From assembly GCF_009914755.1 (NCBI RefSeq), contig NC_060927.1: DNA of 64,000 nucleotides; one strand, written 5' to 3'. The DNA comes from the human T2T-CHM13v2.0 reference genome, Homo sapiens. Every line of letters starts with the position of its first letter. Position 1 is the first letter of the stretch. Made by a program: the position numbers and the translations under genes. Under the pieces are notes generated by a model that saw only the letters and a list, made by a program, of their open reading frames with translations, had not been told where the DNA came from and ran no database searches. Below are positions 55,480 to 64,000 of this stretch, in pieces.

Positions 55480-56231
55480 CTAGCAGCCCAATTTAATGTA
55501 TCTTGAAGTGAAATCTCTAAATGATTTAGAGTAGTAGCTCCAATATAAAAGTCTGTATATGTGAACTTTAGATACCGATGAATTTCTGTTTTTAGACTTT
55601 TAAAATGTAATGTCATTGTATAGATTTTATGATGCCAGAAACATTGAATGTCTATACAAATCTCCTTTCGTACCTGGTGAAACTTACAAACCTGCTTCTG
55701 TTTCCTTTTTTTCTTTTATGTGGCTAGCTTTATCATGTATTTAAATGACTGACCTCTTAATGAAAGCATCATTAGGTCAGTACAACTCAGAACCAAGATT
55801 TGGTATCATATTTAGTTTTTTCTATTATCTCCATTGTCTCTAGAATAGAGTTAGAGTAGAATTCATCTTGAGGCATTTAGTAAGAAATGAACATTCATTC
55901 ATTCTGTGAATGTTTATTGAGGTGTGATGCTACTAAGGGCTCAGAGATGGATGAAGCTGGCAACATACCAACATAGTATTTACCTTAACTCTCAAAGGAA
56001 GGTATGTTCCTGGTGGTTTTAGGCAATTCTAATGGAGGATGTATATTCTAACTTATTTTTGACCTTTTTCCTTTGTCAAACTATAATCATTCAGCAGCAG
56101 AATCAGTATTAAACATGTTTTAAACTTCCTAAGAAGCAAAGTGTATCTAATATCATTTGCAGACATTATTCTCTTATTTTTTCCACACATGTCAAATGAA
56201 AATTTATCTGGCTTTGCACAATTGTATTTTG

Positions 56232-56395
56232 TAGTGTTTTCTGCTATATCAGAATCACCTGGAATGCTTGTTAAAATGTTAATTTCTGGGCCCTCAAACC
56301 TGTGGTCACAGCTCTCTGTGGGAGAGTCTTGGTAGTCTGTATACGTTCTCACCAAATATCAGTTGATTCTTAGGAACACAGCTTTTTGAAAATGA
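56232..56395. mobile_element. MER5A-like
   Basis: atcagaatcacctggaatgcttgttaaaatg...tttctgggccc...tgattctt. Confidence 0.7.
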
Positions 56396-57857
56396 AGGGC
56401 TCAACACAGTCAAATCAAGCTGAGCATAGAAAGGTACCATAGATAAAAAATGTAGGAGAACAGCATTTTTCCTGAGTAGATGTCATATATTCAGAATGAA
56501 AATCAAAAGTCTGAGCGTCTTGTAAAAGTTTTGAGATGCACTGATGCAGAATATACGTATACCAAACACACGTGATTTCTCTCTGTTATTTCAGTCCAGG
56601 CTATGTTCATTGGCAGGATGGTCTGGGTGGTGTGTATTCAAGGAAGGTACTGGAATGAAGTGCTTAGGAAGACCACAGTTAGTGTTGGAAGGTCTGGTTC
56701 ATGGCCCAGGGCTATCTATCTACTATTTACAGAACTATAGAAACCGATGTGAGTGAATTGATGGGAAGTGAATTCTCGTGGTGACCATAACCCCTCTCAC
56801 CTGCATTTAAAGAAATCCAGTTTTAGTAAGAACTATGATGCGGAGATACTGAGAACAAGAATTTCTGTTGCAGCCAAATTATTCTTTGTATTGAAAAAGC
56901 AGGCTTTTTCTAGGAGACTTCAACTAAATATCCCTGAAATTAGACCATATGCTATCCAGGAATTTATTTATTTTTGCCAGTCCTACTCTGTGGTTTATCT
57001 TGCGAGTCTAAGGTTGTTTTTGGTTGTTTTGTATCAAGACACTTTTAAGCTAATAACATGCTCATGATCCCAACCTACATCAAGCATGGTGATTTTATAT
57101 GGAATAAGTTTAATATATATGTTACTTCGTGAGCATACCAATAGCCATAACTAAAAGATGTTTAAAAAATCATCTTCATACCAATGTTTTGTTTTTCTTT
57201 TGTTTGATACACAAATTAAATTGTGGTGGCAGTGATACACGTTTTCTAATAATTCAGTACTAGATAGAGAGCCTGAGGCTTACAGAAGTTAGCTCCTTAT
57301 GCAGTTCATGCATTTGATGAGTAAGAGAGCTAGGCCTCTGTCCCAGCTCATGAGACCTGTAAGGTCTCTGCTATCCACTGTCCCCTGCTGCCTACTGATT
57401 TCAAGTATTACATGAAGCTTGTAAAAATAACAAGCAGTATCCTATGATTCTAGCCTAGTGTAGAGACATTCCTAAAAACCTCATACAAAAGGAGCCAAAA
57501 CCGATCATTTAAATTAGAATTATGACAGATTTTATCATAAGTATAAGCATCAGAGTCAATTTATAGCATAAAGTTCAATTATACTAAATTGGTGTTTTTA
57601 GAATGTGAATGATGGCTTCAATTAATCTTTCTTTTATTCTACTGCTTGTAAACAGTTTTAATTAGATTTATTGGTGAAAGAAGTTGTCAAGGTGGTTGAT
57701 GAGATCTGCTACTATTGATATGATTTGAAAATATGTTGAAATAATATGGGTAGAGTGCCTCACACCATATTACATATTATAGGCTTTAATGAATATTTTA
57801 TTAAAAAGAATTATCCAAAAGGAAGGTATATTTGTACTTATGATTTTATAGTAACTT

Positions 57858-58099
57858 CTTTTTTTTGAGATGAGCTCTCACTATGTTGCCCAGGCTGGTC
57901 TCAAACTCGTGTGCTCAGGAGATCTCTTGCCTCAGCCTCCCAAAGTGCTAAGATTACTAAACATGTATGATTTATCTCCATTATTTCAGTCCAGGCTATG
58001 TTCGTTGGTAGGATGGTCTGGATGGTATATATTCAAGGAAGGTACTAGAATGAAGTGCTTAGGACAGAGTACAGAGGTAGTGCACCGCCATTCCTGGCT
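57858..58099 (-). mobile_element. FLAM/Alu monomer split by a 117-bp insertion
   Basis: Monomer 57858-57957 resumes at ~58075 (aggtagtgcaccgccattcctggct); TSD tatagtaactt (57847-57) / tatagcaactt (58100-10). Confidence 0.85.
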
Positions 58100-58841
58100 T
58101 ATAGCAACTTAGTTTCTCCATTTTTTAAATTTTTTGGAGGGTAAATATATCCATTTCTTATTGTTTCATAGATTTTGTAAAATGGAGAAGACTAGATTTA
58201 TCTTTGAAAAGTTAAAGGCCACATTTTTCACCAGTATTTCATTATACTTATTAATCTCTATATACAGTGGGAACACATGGGAGTTTTCTTCTTTTCAATT
58301 GTAAATTCCTAATACATGGACTGGTAAAGCCTAGTAGTAATTTTAATTTTATTTGTTATTAGATACTTATAAAGGTGTTTTACTGAAGATACAATGTGCC
58401 TTGAGTCCTCTAAGTTCATTTCCTAAGATTTCAGTACAAGTAAAAATAAAATATAAAACTTGGATTCTTAAATCATTAAATTTAACCAGGAAGATATTAT
58501 GACAGAAGCCTGATATTCTTTGTTTGATATTCTATGTTTTAGTATTACCCTAGCAGTTTGTAGATTTTTAAACTTGAATCTGGAAATGTTAATGCTAATA
58601 TTATTAAAATAATTGAAACTCTTTAAGCTTTTAAACTTCTTTAAATGTCTCAACCTCTCATATTGATAGTACATTCTGGTGAATTCATTACTTGTTCTAA
58701 ATGTATGATCAAATGATATGGACAATGCATTGTGTGAAAAACCAATGATACATTCAAGTGGGTGGTTTGCATTATATTTTTTTCATAATTTGCTGATTTT
58801 ATTCTTTTCTAAGATGATGTTTGCTGCTTTTGTTTCTCTAG

Positions 58842-59012
58842 GGCCGTTGCTCCAGGGAGAACTGCAAATATCTTCATCCACCCCCACATTTAAAAACGCA
58901 GTTGGAGATAAATGGACGCAATAACTTGATTCAGCAGAAGAACATGGCCATGTTGGCCCAGCAAATGCAACTAGCCAATGCCATGATGCCTGGTGCCCCA
59001 TTACAACCCGTG
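58842..59012 (+). CDS. MBNL1: MBNL1 internal coding exon (171 bp, second coding exon, aa ~59-115: end of CCCH ZnF2 and linker)
   Basis: Acceptor tttgtttctctAG (58840-41) and donor GTG|GTAAGC (59013). The 57 codons are open and read [57 protein letters not shown], matching my recollection of human MBNL1. The [23 protein letters not shown] part distinguishes it from MBNL2/3. Confidence 0.97.
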
Positions 59013-62000
59013 GTAAGCATGTTTTCAGTCTTCACTCATTAAGTTTTTGATTCAAAGTGCTCAGTTGTAGTACTAAAGTGATTATTGCACCGGATCAAAT
59101 GAACACAGGCAACAATTTCAGTTGCCTTACCATTTTCTAGCAAAATTAAGTATCAGTCAAATGCTGGAACAATTTATACTTTGTGTAGGCACTCATTTTC
59201 TGGCTAAATCATGTGGACATTTACATTATAGCATTTTTTTTCCTCTAAATTTTTCTTCAAAATAAATCCCAAGACTGGCAGATGTTAAAATGCTCTGTGT
59301 TACAATGATCATCTAACTCACCGGTATAGTCAATATACATTTTCAGCCACCTTCAGAGGTAATAATGATATTTAAAATTGGTATGTATAGTCTTTAATTT
59401 TGAGAATAGTTCTCCCTTTCCTCCCTCCTTGAAAAGAATGTGTATAGTTCTTTTTCTTGAAAAGGTACCTTTCTTGTTCTTCTATAATTTAAGTTGAAAT
59501 TATTTCATAGCTACAAATGCTAGGAAAATTCTGACAGTAGTAAATCAATATCATAGACTTGGAGGTCTCATTAAAGAAGAATTAATCAGGGTAGGCTGAA
59601 ACTCTGAGGGCTTAAAGAGCTAAAGTTGAAAAACTGGGTGGTCATAGATATTTAGTATTTGCTGAGCAGTATATGTGGGTGACTCTTGCTTTGAAACACA
59701 CATTTCTATTTAACTGTTTGGATTTCTGGAGTATGTGTGTAATAAATGACTTTAATAATCTCTATTCATATTTATTCATCAAAATGTGAAAGATTATTAT
59801 AAGAATTAGTGTTAGGTTGAAAAAGGTGCTTTGACGTTAATTGTGATATAGTAATTCTACATTTAAATTCAAATGCATGTTGAAATTTGCAATTATCAGA
59901 ATATATCTGTCAGTAATTTATGTCACTAGCTTATATGCAGTATCGTGGGGTCATGGGAATGTGAAGACCCATGTTTTTCTGCTATGCTAACTGTAGCATG
60001 TGTGCTGTTTTTTTTCCGAATACATTCTAAAACCTGAACTCAATGTAATTATTATTCTCTTTTAGAACTTTATGCAACAATCATTTCAAAAAAGAGTGGG
60101 GGATTGCATTTCAAGGTGGGAGGATCTCCACATTACATGGGCAGTGATACCAGTTATCAGTTCTATACAGTTGAAGTGAGAGAATATAATTAATTATGTG
60201 TCTGTTTTAACCTGATCTGGTTTTTTCCCCTATGATTGTAGGCTCAGTTAAAAATGTGATAGCTTAAAGTTATTTTTGTGACATCTACTAATTTCACATG
60301 GCTGTATTAGGATAGCATGAAGATTTCCATTTGGTTAAAAAAATTAGCTATAATAATTCTCTAACAGAACATGTAGGACAAAAGTCTCATTTGCACTTGG
60401 CTCTCACATACAGTTTCAAAGATCAGACAAGTCTTTAGGGTGGCTACCACCTTAGCTCCTCTAAGGCCTATCCTTGATGTGAAGATACTTTGTTCTACTT
60501 AAACATTTAAAGCATGCTTACCACCAGGCTGTACCCTCTCTGTGACTGGGAGCACCTTTGAGATCAGCAAGTGTGTTCCCAGATGGAAGAGAACACTGGC
60601 CACCACATTTCCTGACCTAGCCCTTGAGTCTTACTCTGAAGGCCATTCTAGGATGTCGTGTGTGCAATCCTGGGACAAACTGTAAACAATATTTATGCCC
60701 TTTGAAATACTAGTAACAAATATATTGTTCGTGAAATCACTAAATCACAGATTTCTGAAACCATGAGAACAATCATCACATTTTCTGATGCTTTTGTTAG
60801 AAAATTCTCTGCTTAGACAAAGAAATTATTTTTATTAGTTGTGAGCATATTCAGGCTTTATGTTAATTTTTCCTCATATGACTAGATTTGAATGTGGAAT
60901 TACCCTTCTGCTAAAGGTATCCTGAGATCATTGTCTAAAAATATACTTTATTCAGAGTGATGACTTTGTAATAAGTACAGAAATCATTTTAATTATTCAA
61001 TTTTAAGGCATTTGGGACTTTAATGACTGTAGAGAAAGCTTTAGTACAGGAAATTTGCCTTCAAAACCTCACCTGAGACTTTTTTATCCTTTTTGTAGTC
61101 AGCCCTGTTTTGATGAGGGTAATGACATGGAGATTCAGAAATGAATGGAATGGTCATAATCAGCTGCTTACTGGGAGTTTAATGTGGGCCTTACAAATAG
61201 GGATTGTAACAGGACTAGAGGAAGCCAGGTGACTAATGTGGAAAAGGGTTGCCACTCAGAGAGAATGGCCACTACTTACAGATGAGTGTTTGAAGACATG
61301 GCATTAACTTGGATCCAACCCAGGTAGTAGTCATATCAAAGAAGATAAATACTATGAGCAGTTCCATACCATCAGCAGTATTCAGAGTATCTGAGCAGTG
61401 ACAAGACTTTTAGTCAAGTAGGTGACAGCATCTAACTTCTCTAGGGCCAGTTTAGCTCCCAAACCTTGGAGGAGCAGGAAGGAGAGAGGGAGACAGCAAG
61501 GTCTAAGCAAACTTGGAAGCATCTAGTATTATGCCTGGCATATAGCAGAGATCAATAATTACTTGATGAGTGAAAGAACAAATGAAGGAAGGAGTTTCCG
61601 AAACACCAGAAAAACAGGCAGAGATTCATAGTAGTTTACCTGCTCCATAGTTCAAAGGAATCATAACCAGCACCCAGAACACAAGCCCAGTTACAGAGGC
61701 TGCAACATAGAATGGGGCATAGAAGTGGACACATATCAGCAGATTATTAGCAAAGGCAGCTAGAGGCTTGATGGCTACAAGAAATATGCCACTAAGCTTG
61801 GGTTATTATGCAACCAAGTTTGGGTTCTCATTTTCTCATAAATTGTGAGTGACGAGGTCTATACATTTAATATCTTCAGAGCACAACACTGGGCTAACTT
61901 GGGGAATGCAGGGATCTGTAGGAAGGTTTCCCATTTTTATACACTTTGTGAGCTTCTATTGAAATGTACCAAGCCAAGAATCAGAAACCGGACTTAAAAT

Positions 62001-62014
62001 TTTTGAGACAAATA

Positions 62015-62220
62015 CAATACATTAGGGGCATTTACTGCACTTGGCACTTTTTGTATATTAAATCCTCACAAACCATCCTTTAAAGTAGTAATGTTACCCT
62101 AAATTTAGAGATAGACTGAGAAGTTCAGAAGGGTTAAGAAGTTTGCTCAGGTTACACAGCTAGTGAGTAGCAAGGCTAGGATTTTAACCACCTTGTTCTG
62201 CTTTTGGCACTCATGATGTG
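62015..62220 (-). mobile_element. MIR
   Basis: aatcctcaca...gactgag...agaagggttaagaagtttgctcaggttacacagctagtgagtag. Confidence 0.75.
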
Positions 62221-62291
62221 GAAGCACCTAATTGGAGACACACCACTGGCCAACTCAGGGTCCTTGGTTGATTCATTAAGATCTCTAACCT

Positions 62292-62547
62292 AGCTGGGTG
62301 TGCTGGCTTACACCTGTAATCCCAGCACTTTGGGAGGCTGAGGCAGGAGGGTCACTTGAGGCCAGGAGTTCAAGACCAACCTGGGCAACATAGCAAGACA
62401 CCAACTTAGGAAGCTAAGGCAGGAGAATCACTTGAGCCCAGGAGGTTGAGGCTGCAGTGAGTTTTGATCAAACCACTGCACTCCAATGTGGGTGTCAGAA
62501 TAAGACCCTGTCTCTAAAAAAAAAAAAAAAAAGAGAGAGAGAGAGAG
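62292..62547 (+). mobile_element. AluJ with internal deletion and A/(GA)n tail
   Basis: TSD agatctctaacct (62279-91) / agatctctgacct (62548-60); the central A-rich linker is missing. Confidence 0.9.
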
Positions 62548-62557
62548 AGATCTCTGA

Positions 62558-62916
<359 letters not shown>

Positions 62917-63171
62917 GACAATCTTATAATGTAAACATAATCTCATTTCATAAGATGAGAAAATAAGTAGTAGAAAATGAATGATTTAATCTGTGTCCAC
63001 ACAGATTAATAAAACTAATATTATCAATTATAGAATAATTGACATTCTGCTGTCATTCCTATATCACTAATAAAATGCAAAATGATCTTTTTTTTTTAAT
63101 CATATGTTCTTTGAGGACAAATGGAAGGCCTATAGTGTTTAATTATTTAAATTTAAAAAAATAAAACTTCT

Positions 63172-64000
63172 GGAATTGCCCGGGCAAGATGGCCAAATAG
63201 GAGCAACTCCAGTCTGCAGCTCCCAGCAAGATCAATGCAGAAGGCAGGTGATTTCTGAATTCCCAACTGAGGTACCCAGTTCATCTCACTGGGACTGGTT
63301 AGACAGTTGGTGCAGCCCACAGAGGGTAAGCAGAAGCATGGTAGGGTGTCACCTCACCCTGGAAGTGCAAGGGGTCAGGGAACTCCCTTCCCTAGCCAAG
63401 GGAAGCCATGAGGGACCCTGCTGTGACGGATGGTGCTGTCCAGCCCAGATACTACACTTTTCCCATGGTCTTCGCAAACCGCAGACTAGGAGATTCCCTT
63501 GGGTGCCTACACCACCAGGGCCCTGGCTTTCAGGCACAAAACTGGGCGGCTATTTGGGCAGACACTGAGCTGGCTGCAGGAGTTTTTTTGTTTGTTTGTT
63601 TGTTTGTTTGTTTGTTTGTTTGTTTTCATACTCTAGTGGCTCCTGGAACACCAGCGAGACAGAACCGTTCACTCCCCTGGAAAGAGGGCTGAAGCCAGGG
63701 AGCCAAGTGGTCTTGCTCAGCGGACCCCACCCCCATGGAGCCCAACAAGCTAAGATCCTGCTGGCTTGAAATTCTTGCTGCCAGCACCGCAGTCAACCTG
63801 AGACTATCGAGCTTGGTAGTGGGAGGGACATCCACCATAATTGAGGCTTGAGTAGGCGGTTTCCCCTCACGATGTAAACCAAGCTGCCAGGAAGTTTGAA
63901 CTGGGTGCAGAAACCACCTCAGCACAGCAAAGCTGCTGTAGCCAGGCTGCCTCTCTAGATTCTTTCTCTCTGGGCAGGGCATCTCTGAAAGAAAGGCAGT
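63172..64000 (+). mobile_element. L1PA7/8 5'UTR (element runs off the window), sense to MBNL1
   Basis: ggcaagatggccaaataggagcaactccagtctgcagctcccag...; colinear with the reverse complement of 16870-17676; preceded by a ttt/aaaa target site. Confidence 0.93.
63583..63626. repeat. (TTTG)n microsatellite within the L1 5'UTR
   Basis: Direct reading. Confidence 0.95.

Noticed and set aside
58718-59001. ORFs 58718-58924 (+) and 58783-59001 (-) overlapping the exon
   Set aside because: Off-frame and antisense shadows of the MBNL1 exon. The real frame is defined by the splice sites.

Overview
Primate (almost certainly human) genomic DNA lying inside the MBNL1 (muscleblind-like 1) gene, transcribed on the + strand. 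The only bona fide coding sequence is one 171-bp phase-0/0 exon (58842-59012, [57 protein letters not shown], residues ~59-115, end of CCCH zinc finger 2 plus linker). Everything else is intron: a full-length dead L1PA7-type element (- strand, ~10.9-17.7 kb, with a nested AluSp), the 5' end of a second L1PA7/8 (+ strand, from 63.2 kb), about 16 Alu/FLAM copies, DNA-transposon fossils (MER63A, MER20 x2, MER6B, Tigger3b, MER1A, MER5A), MIR/L2 relics and microsatellites. All other ORFs in the track are repeat-derived or chance. I cannot demonstrate a new biological system from sequence alone. The best hypothesis is a transposon-built alternative 5' unit for MBNL1: an L1 antisense promoter/ORF0 facing the gene's direction, plus a MER1A-derived 58-nt cryptic exon whose last three bases are a strong-Kozak ATG in frame with the real exon. 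Directly visible oddities include a microhomology-flanked templated insertion inside a FLAM, an L1 ORF2 scrap inside an AluJ, a ~66-nt near-perfect hairpin, an unexplained 124-bp duplication, and inverted AluY and L1 pairs bracketing the exon. Repeat subfamily names come from recalled consensus sequences and need RepeatMasker confirmation.
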